The translations under genes were made by a program, and so were the position numbers. From assembly GCA_044449085.1 (NCBI GenBank), contig JBIOHR010000001.1, positions 1,134-65,133 on the forward strand: DNA of 64,000 nt, written 5' to 3'. Within the stretch, counting starts at the first letter, position 1, and every line of letters starts with the position of its first letter. The notes below the pieces were generated by a model. That model was not told where the DNA came from. It ran no database searches and was given only the letters and a program-made list of their open reading frames with translations. This document shows, in pieces, positions 9,746-19,541 of this stretch. The DNA is from Gemmatimonadales bacterium (lineage in GTDB: Bacteria; Gemmatimonadota; Gemmatimonadetes; Gemmatimonadales; Gemmatimonadaceae).

Positions 9746-9747
9746 AG

Positions 9748-11013
9748 TTAGAAGAAGTCCTGAAGCCATGTCTTGAACCGCTGCGCCAGCTTGTCCATCG
9801 ACGGCGCCGCAGTCGCCATCGAGAGGCGCTTCCCCTTCGCACCGCCCGAGCCGAGCGCCACGCGGTGCGCCCCGTACTGCGCCAGTCCTACAACGGTCGA
9901 ATACCGCGGCGCCTGCACCGAGTCCGCCAGCCCGCCGAGAAACTCCCCCGGCTCGCCGACCCGCGCTCCCGTTCCGAACACCTCGCTGGCGAGCTCGCCG
10001 GTCCCCGGCTGGGCCGCAGCGCCACCCGTCACAACCACGCCCGCGGCGAGCCGCTTCAGGAACCCGGCTTCGTCCACGTCGCGCAGCACGAGCTCGAAAA
10101 TCTCCGCCGTCCGCTGGTGGATGATGTGCGCGAGCAGCTCGCGCGGAATCTGCCGGTCGCCCTGCGCCACGGTACTCGGCAGCTTGATGATCTCGGCGTG
10201 GTCCACCATCGGCTCGTACGCGCAGCCGTAGGCCTCCTTCAGGCGCTCGGCGTCCGCCTGCGTCACGCCCAGCCCGTGCACGATGTCGCTCGTGACGTTG
10301 TTGCCGCCATAGTTCACCGTGCCGAGGTGGCGGATCTTCCCCTCGTGAAACACGGCGATGTCGGTGGTGCCCGCGCCCATCTCCACGAGGCACACGCCGA
10401 GTTCCTTCTCGTCTTCCGTGAGCACGCTGAGCGCGCTCGCGAGCGGCTCGAGCACCAGCTCACCAACCCTGTAGCCCGATTTCTCGACCGCCTTTCGCAG
10501 GTTCATCGCGGGCGATGAACCGATGGTCACGAGATACATCTCCGTCTCGAGCCGAGTGCCGATCATCCCGATCGGATCGCGGATGCCGATGTTCTTGTCG
10601 ACGGTGTATTCCTGGGGAATCGCGTGGATCAACTCGCGGTCCTGCGGAATCGCCTGCGCGCGCGCCACCGAGTTCGCGCGGTCCACGTCGGCCTTGGAGA
10701 TTTCCGCGCCCGTGACCGACGCGATTCCCTTCGACGTCATCGCCTGCACGTGCTCGCCCGCGATGCCGGCGTAGACCGTCTGGACTTGTGCGCCGGCCAT
10801 GCGCTCGGCGTCCTGCATCGCCTTCGTGATCGAGCGCGTGGTCTCGTCGATGTCAGCCACCACACCGCGTCTCAGCCCGGTGGTCCGCGCCTGTCCGACA
10901 CCCAGGATGTTGACCGTGGGATGCTTGGGAAGATCGCCGACGACCTCCGCGATCACGGCGGTGGTCTTTGCGGATCCTATGTCGAGGCCGGCTACGAGTC
11001 GATCGAGGTTCAT
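9748..11013 (-). CDS. ftsA: cell division protein FtsA
   Basis: 421 aa actin-fold ATPase. LDIGSAKT, GGNNVTSDI and VVTGGAA blocks, plus a C-terminal amphipathic helix LAQRFKTWLQDFF. Confidence 0.97.
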   Translation of the reverse strand: MNLDRLVAGLDIGSAKTTAVIAEVVGDLPKHPTVNILGVGQARTTGLRRGVVADIDETTRSITKAMQDAERMAGAQVQTVYAGIAGEHVQAMTSKGIASVTGAEISKADVDRANSVARAQAIPQDRELIHAIPQEYTVDKNIGIRDPIGMIGTRLETEMYLVTIGSSPAMNLRKAVEKSGYRVGELVLEPLASALSVLTEDEKELGVCLVEMGAGTTDIAVFHEGKIRHLGTVNYGGNNVTSDIVHGLGVTQADAERLKEAYGCAYEPMVDHAEIIKLPSTVAQGDRQIPRELLAHIIHQRTAEIFELVLRDVDEAGFLKRLAAGVVVTGGAAAQPGTGELASEVFGTGARVGEPGEFLGGLADSVQAPRYSTVVGLAQYGAHRVALGSGGAKGKRLSMATAAPSMDKLAQRFKTWLQDFF

Positions 11014-11031
11014 GGGTTCTTCAGGCAGTGC

Positions 11032-11736
11032 TCATGGCAATCGGGCGATGACCTGGTCGCGGAATCGCAAATCGAGTTCGGCGGCGCGCTTCCCGCGGGC
11101 CGTCAGGTCCTGCTCGACGGGAACGATGTCGGACAGCCGGTCCGCGGTGACGTCGCCCGAGGCGAGGACGTCGTGCGCGGGACTGGCGGGTGATTCGGTC
11201 AGGCGAAACAGCAGGTAGAACGACGATCCCTCCGGTACGCGACGTACCTCGCCGATGCGCGCGAAGAGTGCCGGTGCCTGGTCGCGCACCTGGCCGAGCA
11301 CGCGCAGCACGAGTGTGTCGCGCACCGCGAGCACGGGAAGGTCCACATCGGCCGTGGCCGGATTCACCGGGAGAGAGCGCCCCGCCGCATCCACCACCAC
11401 CAGCCCCGACGCTGCCTGAACGAACGCGACGGGCAGGTTCTCCGTGATCCTCACGAGCAGGGTGCCCGGCAGTTTCCGCTCGATGCGCACGTCGCGAACG
11501 GACGGATGCTGCCGGACACGCTTTTCCAGCGGACCCACGTCGTCGAACAGCGACTGCGTGGTGTCTATCCTCAATCGCGAAACGATCTCATCGGGGCTGA
11601 CGTAACGCGCGCCCTCGATCTCCACGCGGCGCACGCGAAAGAAGTCGAGGCGGCGCAGGACGGCGCGGCCCCACCACGGACTCGCAACAAGAGCGAACAC
11701 CAGAACGCCGGCGCCGATCCGCCGGCCGATCTTCAT
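11032..11736 (-). CDS. ftsQ: cell division protein FtsQ
   Basis: The track ORF starts at 11922, inside murC. The ATG at 11736 gives MKIGRRIGAGVLVFALVASPWW (TM helix) followed by the POTRA block FFRVRRVEIEGARYVSPDEIV. 234 aa. Confidence 0.85.
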   Translation of the reverse strand: MKIGRRIGAGVLVFALVASPWWGRAVLRRLDFFRVRRVEIEGARYVSPDEIVSRLRIDTTQSLFDDVGPLEKRVRQHPSVRDVRIERKLPGTLLVRITENLPVAFVQAASGLVVVDAAGRSLPVNPATADVDLPVLAVRDTLVLRVLGQVRDQAPALFARIGEVRRVPEGSSFYLLFRLTESPASPAHDVLASGDVTADRLSDIVPVEQDLTARGKRAAELDLRFRDQVIARLP

Positions 11737-11783
11737 CAGGCGGTCACGGCGCCCCGGCGCGCCTTCCTCCGGCGCGGCCGCGG

Positions 11784-13166
11784 TCAACGCGCGGCACCCA
11801 GGAGGGCGAGCAGTTCGGGGCCCGTCTTCGTGACGTCGCCCGCCCCGACCGTCAGCACGACGTCCCCGTCCTGCACGAACGACGCGAGCGCAGGCGCCAT
11901 GTTCGATCGCGTCCCCATCCATGCGGGGCGGCGCCCGGCAATCGTGGTGCTCTCGGCGATCATCTGGCTGGTCACGCCAGGAATCGGCTGTTCGCGCGCC
12001 GGATAAATGTCGGCGAGAAAAAGCTGGTCGGACTTGGCGAGCGCGAGACCGAAGTCAGGCGCGAAATCCCGCGTGCGCGAAAACAGGTGTGGCTGGAACG
12101 CAACGATGATTCGCCGTCCCGGGAACGCGATGCGCGCCGCGGAAAGCGTCGCCCGGATTTCCGTGGGATGGTGTGCGTAGTCGTCCACGACCGTCACGCC
12201 GCGGATGGTCCCGAGGCGCTGGAAGCGCCGCTCGGCGCCAACGAAACCGGCGAGTCCCGGAGCCATCTGTTCGACGGTCACGCCGAAGCGCGAAAGGCCC
12301 ACGCCGAGCGCCGCCAGCGCGTTGAGCACGTTGTGCTCGCCGACGGCGCCGACGGTCACGCGCCCCGCGGCCTTGCCGTCGTAGTACGCGTCGAACGACG
12401 TGCGTCCGTCGGCGGTCGACGCATTGCGCGCGACGAGCCGCGCCTCGGCGCTCGCGATGCCGTAGCGGACGACCTCGGCCGACGCGGGCGTGCGCAGGGC
12501 GTTCGCGTTCGGCTGGTCCGCGCAGAGGACAATCCAGCGGGCGCCGCGCACGAATTGCGCGAACGCGCCGCGGAGGTCGTCGAGGCCGTGGTAAATGTCG
12601 AGATGGTCGGCTTCGATGTTCGTGACGACGGCGACGTCGGGTGCGAGCGCGAGGAAGCTGCGGTCGTATTCGTCCGCCTCGACGACGAACACGTCGTCGC
12701 CACCGCTGCTCAGGTTCCCATGCCATGACGCCACGCGCGCCCCCACCACGCCGGTCGGGTTGATCCCAGCCGCGGCGAGCGCCTGCGTGGTCATCACGGT
12801 CGTGGTGGATTTCCCGTGCGTGCCGGCGATGCCCACGAGCGTTCCGCCTGCGGTGACTTCGGCCAGCGCTTCGGCGCGGCGGATGACCGGAACGCCAAGC
12901 GACTTCGCGCGGACGATTTCAGGATGGTCCTTGGGAATGGCCGAGCTGACGACGAGCGCGCGGTGCCCTGCGATGTGCCCGGCGTCATGTCCTTCGCTGA
13001 CCGTGATGCCGAGGCCGGCGAGGTCGGGCGCACCGCCAGGGTGCTGGTCGCAGCCTGTGACCGCCGCGCCGCGCCGCTGGCAGAGCTCGGCGAGGGCGGA
13101 CATTCCCGCGCCGGCGATGCCCATGAAATGCACGGGGCGAGGATCGTTCGGGTCAATCAGGGACAT
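11784..13166 (-). CDS. murC: UDP-N-acetylmuramate--L-alanine ligase
   Basis: 460 aa. HFMGIAGAGMSALAE and GIAGTHGKSTTT Mur ligase motifs. Confidence 0.97.
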   Translation of the reverse strand: MSLIDPNDPRPVHFMGIAGAGMSALAELCQRRGAAVTGCDQHPGGAPDLAGLGITVSEGHDAGHIAGHRALVVSSAIPKDHPEIVRAKSLGVPVIRRAEALAEVTAGGTLVGIAGTHGKSTTTVMTTQALAAAGINPTGVVGARVASWHGNLSSGGDDVFVVEADEYDRSFLALAPDVAVVTNIEADHLDIYHGLDDLRGAFAQFVRGARWIVLCADQPNANALRTPASAEVVRYGIASAEARLVARNASTADGRTSFDAYYDGKAAGRVTVGAVGEHNVLNALAALGVGLSRFGVTVEQMAPGLAGFVGAERRFQRLGTIRGVTVVDDYAHHPTEIRATLSAARIAFPGRRIIVAFQPHLFSRTRDFAPDFGLALAKSDQLFLADIYPAREQPIPGVTSQMIAESTTIAGRRPAWMGTRSNMAPALASFVQDGDVVLTVGAGDVTKTGPELLALLGAAR

Positions 13167-13227
13167 TGCTCAAACTTACTCGTTCACGATGAGAACGCGG
13201 AACTAAACATCAGTGGCGGGTGCTGAG

Positions 13228-13307
13228 GGTGAGGTGGTGGGTGTCGAGTGAATGCAGAGTGAACGCAGTCACTCAACCCCGACCACTTGAACCTCACCAC
13301 CCACCAC
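13228..13307. repeat. structured intergenic element in the murG-murC spacer
   Basis: GGTGAGGTGGTGGGTG (13228-13243) faces ACCTCACCACCCACCAC (13291-13307). GTGGTGGGTG/CACCCACCAC is a perfect 10-bp pairing and GGTGAGGT/ACCTCACC an alternative 8-bp pairing. Inside it, a direct repeat GAGTGAATGCAG / AGTGAACGCAG and GAGTGA (13246-51) pairing with TCACTC (13269-74). Confidence 0.55.
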
Positions 13308-13313
13308 TGCAGT

Positions 13314-14408
13314 TCACGCTCGGGCACCCAACAACGCGACGATCCAGGACGCAATCTCCGCCGCCGCCCGCGGCCGGGCTCGCGCAATGGCATGCTGCCG
13401 AAGCGATTCCATCCGCGTCCGGTCACCCAGCAGCGCGCGCACGACCTGGTCGAGCGTGTCCGGGAACAGATCGCGCTGCGGCAGGTGCACCGCGGCGCCG
13501 GCCCTTTCGAGCGCGACCGCGTTGGATGTCTGATGATCCATCGCCGCCGTCGGCAGCGGACAGATGATCATCGGGAGTCCCCACGAGCAGAGCTCGGACG
13601 TGCCCATCATGCCGCCGCGCACGAACGCGAGGTCGGCCGCGGCGTACGCGTCGGCAATCGGAGAGAGGTACGGCACGACGCGCACGTCGGCGCGATCGAG
13701 CTGCTTGAACGCATCGAATTGCCCGGCGCCCGTTGCCCAGATCACGCAGAGCGACTCTGGAATCCCCTGGGCGACCCACGCCGCCACCGCGTGGTTCATC
13801 GCCCGCGCACCCTGGCTGCCGCCAAAGACCAGCAGCACGCGCGCCGCCGCCGGAAAGCCCCACTTCGCGCGCGATGCGGCGGGATCGGGACGGATGTCCG
13901 GCGGCGGCTCGATCGGATTTCCAGTATCGCGATAGACGCATCCGGAGTGCGGCAGCCACTCCTCCGCCTCCGGAAAGCCGAGATATGCCTCCGTCGAAAT
14001 GCGCGCGAAGAGTCGCGCGGTGGCGCCCGGATAGCTGTCGCCGATGTGCTGCACGATCGGCACCCGGTGTCTCCAGGCCCAGATGAGCGCCGCTCCGCTC
14101 GCGTACCCGCCCGTGCCGACGACGAGCGCGGGGCTCAGTTCGCGGCCGAGTGCGCCCATTCCGCGCCAGGCGGACCACGCGCCACGCAGCGTGCGCCAGT
14201 TCTTCCATACCGCCGGCCGATACACGGGGTGCAGGTCCAGCAGCGTGTAGGGAAACTCCGACTTCGGCAGGATGTCCCGCTCGATGCCGCGCATCGCGCC
14301 AACGAAATGCGGCCGCACCGAAGGATCGAGCCGGACGAGCGCCCGGGCGATTGCGAGCGCCGGATACAGGTGTCCGCCGGTGCCGCCCCCGGCGAAGACG
14401 ACGTTCAC
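13314..14408 (-). CDS. murG: undecaprenyldiphospho-muramoylpentapeptide beta-N-acetylglucosaminyltransferase
   Basis: The track ORF extends to 14744, inside ftsW. The GTG at 14408 overlaps the ftsW stop (GTGA) and gives VNVVFAGGGTGGHLYPALAIA, the MurG N-terminal glycine loop. 364 aa. Confidence 0.95.
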   Translation of the reverse strand: MNVVFAGGGTGGHLYPALAIARALVRLDPSVRPHFVGAMRGIERDILPKSEFPYTLLDLHPVYRPAVWKNWRTLRGAWSAWRGMGALGRELSPALVVGTGGYASGAALIWAWRHRVPIVQHIGDSYPGATARLFARISTEAYLGFPEAEEWLPHSGCVYRDTGNPIEPPPDIRPDPAASRAKWGFPAAARVLLVFGGSQGARAMNHAVAAWVAQGIPESLCVIWATGAGQFDAFKQLDRADVRVVPYLSPIADAYAAADLAFVRGGMMGTSELCSWGLPMIICPLPTAAMDHQTSNAVALERAGAAVHLPQRDLFPDTLDQVVRALLGDRTRMESLRQHAIARARPRAAAEIASWIVALLGARA

Positions 14409-15607
14409 CGCGCCGGGACCATCAGCGGCGCGGTTGGATCCGTCGCGCTGCCGCCGCCAACGCGCTCCCGCACGCTCCCGATGTTGACCAGGATTCCCGT
14501 CATGAGCATTGAAAGAATCAAGTTCGACCGTCCGAATGAAATGAACGGCAGGGTCAGGCCGGTCGTCGGCAGCAGGCCGATCACGACTCCGATGTGCAGG
14601 TACGCCGTGATGATCATTGTCGAGGTGATCCCGATGGCGACCAGCGACTGGAATGGCGTCCTCGCCTGCTTCGCGATCCGGAACCCGAGCCACCCCCACA
14701 AAGCATACAGCGCGATCAGCGCCGTGATCCCCACGAAGCCCCATTCCTCGCCGATGCTGCTGCCGATGAAGTCATCGTACGACAGCGGGAGGAATCCGTT
14801 CTGCTGGCGTCCCTCGCCGAACCCCGCGCCGAACCAGCCGCCCGATCCCACCGCGATCAGCGATTGCACGAGTTGATAATTGACCTTGGCGTGCGCCGCT
14901 CCCGCCATCTCGGAGAACCCCATCAGGCGCTCCATCACGTACTGCAGGCGCTGCGTTTCCGCCCACAGCACCGGGGTGAAGACGAGGCCGAGAAACACGA
15001 AGTGCCCGATGCGCGCCCCCGCGGCGAACACGATGATGACCATCTGGAGCGCAAAGAACAGCACCGTCGAGAGGTCGGGCTCGAACGCCGCCATCACGCA
15101 CAGCGCGCCGATCACCAGGAGGATCGGGAGGAGTCCCTTACTCAGGCGCTTGAGCTGGTCGCCCTTCTTGACGACGAGCATCGCGGTCCACACGATGACT
15201 GCAAGCTTCGCGAACTCCGACGGCTGAACGGAGCCGCGCATCAGGTAGCGGCGCGCGCCAAGGATCGGCGGCGCGATCCCCTTCGTGAACGGGAGAACGG
15301 TCAGGAGCATCGCGGCGAGCGCCACGAACATTACGACCCAAGCGAACGTGCGCCACAGCTCCGCGTCCGCCTTGGCGGCGAGCGCGAAGAACACGATTCC
15401 CACGGCGACACCCGTGAGCTGTTTCAGCAGAAAGTAGCTGCTGGGAAGCTTGTCGCGAACGGCCTCGAACGCACTGGCGCTGTAGAGCGACGCAAGGCCG
15501 AACGAAAGCAGCACCGCCGTGACCAGCACGAGCGCGCGCGCCTCGACGGTCATCCGCCAGCGCTCCCGCGAGTGCGCAGCCGTGCGCGGAACGGCGACGG
15601 CGGTCAT
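14405..15607 (-). CDS. ftsW: peptidoglycan glycosyltransferase FtsW (SEDS family)
   Basis: The ATG at 15607 overlaps the murD stop (ATGA). 400 aa polytopic membrane protein with SEDS blocks QPSEFAKL, EPDLST and LPLTGLTLPFISFG-like TTGLTLPFISFGRS. Confidence 0.93.
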   Translation of the reverse strand: MTAVAVPRTAAHSRERWRMTVEARALVLVTAVLLSFGLASLYSASAFEAVRDKLPSSYFLLKQLTGVAVGIVFFALAAKADAELWRTFAWVVMFVALAAMLLTVLPFTKGIAPPILGARRYLMRGSVQPSEFAKLAVIVWTAMLVVKKGDQLKRLSKGLLPILLVIGALCVMAAFEPDLSTVLFFALQMVIIVFAAGARIGHFVFLGLVFTPVLWAETQRLQYVMERLMGFSEMAGAAHAKVNYQLVQSLIAVGSGGWFGAGFGEGRQQNGFLPLSYDDFIGSSIGEEWGFVGITALIALYALWGWLGFRIAKQARTPFQSLVAIGITSTMIITAYLHIGVVIGLLPTTGLTLPFISFGRSNLILSMLMTGILVNIGSVRERVGGGSATDPTAPLMVPAR

Positions 15608-16968
15608 CGCACGGTGGCGAGGCGCCGGAACGTGTCGCCCCGCTCTTCGTAGTTGGCGAACATGTCGTAGCTGGAACACGCCGGAGAAAGAAGCACCGCG
15701 CCTCCGGGCCGGGCGGCGGCGCGGGCACACGCGATCACGTCATGAAAAGACGATCCTAGGCGGACGAGCGGCACGCGGCCCGCCAGGTCGGCCTCGATGA
15801 TCGGCGCGGCCTCGCCGTACGCAATCACGAGCGACGCGTGCGCAGCGAGTGCCGGCAGGAGTGCCGTGTATGGTTCGTGCTTGTGCTTCCCGCCGAGCAG
15901 CACCACCGTCGGGCGGGTCATCGCCTCGATTGCGACGCGCGCGGAACTCACGTTGGTCGCCTTGGAGTCGTCGATCCACTCCACGCCGCCCGCCACTGCG
16001 ACGACCTCCAGCCGGTGGGGGAGCGCCTTGAACGAACGCACACCGTCGACGAGCCGCGCGCGCGCGGTGGAAGTGCGGTACGACGGATCGGCGACCGCCA
16101 CCGCGAGCGCGGCCGCAAGCGTGTTCGAGATGTTGTGGCGCCCGAGCAACGGAATCTCCGCGGACGCGATGAAGTCCGCGCCGAGCAGGGCCCAGTGTTC
16201 GGCCGCGTGCGCGGGGCCGGCGTCGGCCGCGCGGTTGGTCATCGAAAAGCTGTGGCGGGCGCCCGGCAGACCGGCCGTTCGCCGTTCAACCTCAGCGTCG
16301 TCGCCGTTCGTCACCCAAACGGACTCGCGCGTCGCGTTCGCGAACAGCAGCATCTTGTCGCCGTAGTATTCCTCGAGCGATGCGTAGCGGTCGAGATGGT
16401 CGGGCTCGAGATTCGTGAGCACGCCGACCGCCGGCGCCACGCCCGGCGTATCGTGCAGCTGGAAACTCGAGAGCTCCAGCGCAACCCAGTCCGGCGGTAT
16501 GACGCGCAGCGCGATCTCCGAGAGCGGCGTCCCGATGTTCCCGGCCGCCACCGCGTCGGCACCGAGCGCGCGCAGGAGGTGCGCGACGAGCGCCGTGACC
16601 GTGCTCTTCCCGTTGGTCCCCGTCACGGCGATGTACTTCACCGACGGAAGGAAGGCGAGCGCAACCTCCACTTCGCTCACCACCGGAACGTTTCGCTCAC
16701 GCGCCCGCACGAGCGGCGCCGCGTTCGGTGGAACGCCCGGGCTCACGACGACCGCCGCGGCCGCGCCCACGCGATCGAGATCGTGTCCCCCGCCCCTCGC
16801 ATCGACGCCCGCCGCGGCAAGCCTGGCCAGCGTGCCCGCCTCCACCGCCGCGGCATCCGACGCGTACACCCGCGCGCCCGCATTGCGCAGCAACATCGAC
16901 ACGGACAAACCGCTGCGGCCAAGTCCGACCACCGCGACCTCCCCGCGAAGGATCAGCTCGCGGATCAC
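15604..16968 (-). CDS. murD: UDP-N-acetylmuramoylalanine--D-glutamate ligase
   Basis: The GTG at 16968 overlaps the mraY stop (GTGA). VAVVGLGRSGLS and VTGTNGKSTV motifs. 454 aa. The track ORF (to 17559) is over-extended. Confidence 0.95.
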   Translation of the reverse strand: MIRELILRGEVAVVGLGRSGLSVSMLLRNAGARVYASDAAAVEAGTLARLAAAGVDARGGGHDLDRVGAAAAVVVSPGVPPNAAPLVRARERNVPVVSEVEVALAFLPSVKYIAVTGTNGKSTVTALVAHLLRALGADAVAAGNIGTPLSEIALRVIPPDWVALELSSFQLHDTPGVAPAVGVLTNLEPDHLDRYASLEEYYGDKMLLFANATRESVWVTNGDDAEVERRTAGLPGARHSFSMTNRAADAGPAHAAEHWALLGADFIASAEIPLLGRHNISNTLAAALAVAVADPSYRTSTARARLVDGVRSFKALPHRLEVVAVAGGVEWIDDSKATNVSSARVAIEAMTRPTVVLLGGKHKHEPYTALLPALAAHASLVIAYGEAAPIIEADLAGRVPLVRLGSSFHDVIACARAAARPGGAVLLSPACSSYDMFANYEERGDTFRRLATVR

Positions 16969-18107
16969 CGAAGCTTGAGCGTGCCGAGCGCGACGAACGC
17001 GCAGAGAATACCAAGGATCCAGAAGCGCACCACGACCTGCGTCTCCGGCCACCCCTTCAGCTCGAAATGGTGGTGCAGCGGGGCACGCAGGAACACGCGG
17101 TGCTGCTGCGCGTATGCCAGGCCGTGCCGCCTGCGGCGGTACTTGAACACGAGGCGCTGGATGAGCACGGAGGTCGTCTCCGCGACGAACACGCCGCCGA
17201 CGAACACGATGAGGAACTCCGACTTGAGCAGCACCGCCACCGCCCCGAGCGCGCCGCCGAGGCCGAGCGCGCCGGTATCGCCCATGAACACCTGCGCCGG
17301 ATGCGCGTTGTACCAGAGAAATCCGACCGATGCGCCGAAGACCGCCGTGCAGAATACCGTCAGTTCCCCCGCGTCGCGCAGGTAGAAGAGCTGCAGGTAC
17401 TGCGACGCATCCACGCGCCCCATCGTGTACGCGAATATCGCGAACGTCGCCATCGCGATCGCCATGAGTCCCGCGGCGAGGCCGTCGAGCCCGTCCGTGA
17501 GGTTCACCGCGTTGGTCGTGGCAGTCATGACAAAGGTGACGAACGGCACGTAGAGCCACGCCGCGCCGATGGTCGCGGGCACGACGAGCATGTACTTGAG
17601 GAACGGAAGCGTCGTCGACGCGCCCGGCAGTGCGTTCAGCGGCGCCTTCCAGATGTACACCGCGAGCGCGAAGCCTATCGTCACCTGCCCGGCGAGCTTG
17701 TACCGCTCCACCAGGCCACGGTTCTCCTTCCCCTCGCGCTTCTGCTTGAGCTTGAGGTAGTCATCGAGAAACCCGATCGCGCCCATCAGGAGCGTGACGG
17801 CCAGCGCGAGCCACACATAGCGGTTGTCGAACCGCATCCAGAGCACCGTCGGGACGAACGTCGCGGCGAGGATGATCAGGCCGCCCATCGTCGGCGTCGT
17901 CCCCTTGGTCGCGTGCGACTCGGGCGTTCCCTTCCGCACCACCTGGTGGATCTGCATCCGCTGGAGGCGCCGGAGGATCAGCGGGCCGACGACGAACGCA
18001 ACCAGCAGCGCCGTCACCGCCGCGCCGGCCGCGCGGAACGACAGGTATCCGAACACGCGCAACGGACCGAAGTGCTGGCGGAACGGATACAGGAAGTAAT
18101 AGAGCAT
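16965..18107 (-). CDS. mraY: phospho-N-acetylmuramoyl-pentapeptide transferase
   Basis: 380 aa. TPTMGG, NAVNLTDGLDGLA, DTGALGLGGALG and HHHFEL motifs. Confidence 0.97.
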   Translation of the reverse strand: MLYYFLYPFRQHFGPLRVFGYLSFRAAGAAVTALLVAFVVGPLILRRLQRMQIHQVVRKGTPESHATKGTTPTMGGLIILAATFVPTVLWMRFDNRYVWLALAVTLLMGAIGFLDDYLKLKQKREGKENRGLVERYKLAGQVTIGFALAVYIWKAPLNALPGASTTLPFLKYMLVVPATIGAAWLYVPFVTFVMTATTNAVNLTDGLDGLAAGLMAIAMATFAIFAYTMGRVDASQYLQLFYLRDAGELTVFCTAVFGASVGFLWYNAHPAQVFMGDTGALGLGGALGAVAVLLKSEFLIVFVGGVFVAETTSVLIQRLVFKYRRRRHGLAYAQQHRVFLRAPLHHHFELKGWPETQVVVRFWILGILCAFVALGTLKLR

Positions 18108-18155
18108 CGGGTCGCGGTGACGGTGTCGGGCGTTATCCGGCCGTGCGGGCCGGTG

Positions 18156-19541
18156 TCAGCTGCTGCGGTACGGTGACGCGTCCTCGGCCGCCCACGCAGT
18201 GAGCTGTGGCAGTAGACGCTCGAGACGCACTCCGCGTGACGCTTTCAGCAGAATCGCCGCGTCCGCCGCGAGCCTCGACCGGAGCCTGGGCCAGAGGTCG
18301 TCCACGTCGGCCGCGGTCACGACACGATCGTCGTTCGGCGCCGTCCGGCGCAGCGCGTCCGCAAAATCGCCGATCCCCGCCACGATCGCGGCACCGGACG
18401 CCAGCGCGGCGCGGGCGATGTCGTCGTGCGCCGCGGAAGCGTGCGCACCGAGCTCGCGCATCGTGCCGAGTACGGCCACGCGCTGGCGCCCCTGGCCGAC
18501 CTGGGCGAGCAGCGCCAGAGCCGCCCGCGCCGAACCCGGGTTCGAATTGTATGCGTCGTTGATCAGCAACGCTTCGCCGAGCGGCGTGACCGCGGAGCGC
18601 ATCGCCGGCAGCGCCGCCACGTTCATGTCCGCGATCGCCGCGGCGGCATCGGCGATCTCCACGCCGCATTCGCGCGCGACCGCGAGCGCCAGCAGCGCGT
18701 TCCGCACGTTGTGCAATCCGCGCAACGGCACTGTCACGCGCGTGCCCTCCACCTCCGCCCATCCCGTTCCGTCGGGAGCCAGCCCTGAGGCCGATGCGGC
18801 GAGCGCTCCCATCCCCAGGCCGGCGGTCACGGTCCGTCGCGCGCGCCGTGCCGATTCCAGCGCGAGCACCGGTTCGTCCGAGGGAATCACCGCCACGGCC
18901 ACGCCGTCGAGCAGCGACGCCTCCTCGCGCATCACGCCGGCGAGATCGCCGAACCCCTCCAGGTGTTCCTCCTGCACGGTGGTGACCACGGCGATGTTCG
19001 CCTCGACGGTCCGCCGCAGGAGCGCGATCTCACCGGGCACATTGGTGCCGAGCTCGGCCACGACGACGTCCGCGCCATCCGGTATCGCGAGCAGCGTGAG
19101 CGGCACGCCGATCTGGTTGTTGAGGTTTCCCTTGGTGGCGTGCACCTCGAGGCGCGCGCTGAGCGCCGCGCGGATCAGCTCCTTGGTGCTTGTCTTCCCG
19201 TTCGACCCGCCGACGGCGACCAGCGGGCCGCCCCACGCGAGCCGCCGCGCGCGGCCGAGCGCCCCGAGCGCACGCAGCGTATCCGGCACGACGTAGGCAG
19301 GCACGCCGAGCCCGGCGGCTCGTCCGGCTTCGCTCACCACGACCGCGGCGGCGCCTTTCGCCACCGCCTCCGCGAGGTAGTCGTGCGCGTCGTGGTGCTC
19401 GCCGCGCAGTGCGACGAACAGGTCGCCGCGCCCGATCGCACGCGTGTCCGTGCACACCGAGTGAAGCGGGCGGTCGTCGCAAGGCCCGCCGCCGAGCGCG
19501 CGCGCGACGCGTGCGAGCGTCCAGAAAGCGGCCGCGGTCAT
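18156..19541 (-). CDS. murF: UDP-N-acetylmuramoyl-tripeptide--D-alanyl-D-alanine ligase
   Basis: 461 aa. VGGSNGKTSTKE and DAYNSNPGS motifs. The start overlaps the murE stop (ATGA). Confidence 0.95.
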   Translation of the reverse strand: MTAAAFWTLARVARALGGGPCDDRPLHSVCTDTRAIGRGDLFVALRGEHHDAHDYLAEAVAKGAAAVVVSEAGRAAGLGVPAYVVPDTLRALGALGRARRLAWGGPLVAVGGSNGKTSTKELIRAALSARLEVHATKGNLNNQIGVPLTLLAIPDGADVVVAELGTNVPGEIALLRRTVEANIAVVTTVQEEHLEGFGDLAGVMREEASLLDGVAVAVIPSDEPVLALESARRARRTVTAGLGMGALAASASGLAPDGTGWAEVEGTRVTVPLRGLHNVRNALLALAVARECGVEIADAAAAIADMNVAALPAMRSAVTPLGEALLINDAYNSNPGSARAALALLAQVGQGRQRVAVLGTMRELGAHASAAHDDIARAALASGAAIVAGIGDFADALRRTAPNDDRVVTAADVDDLWPRLRSRLAADAAILLKASRGVRLERLLPQLTAWAAEDASPYRSS

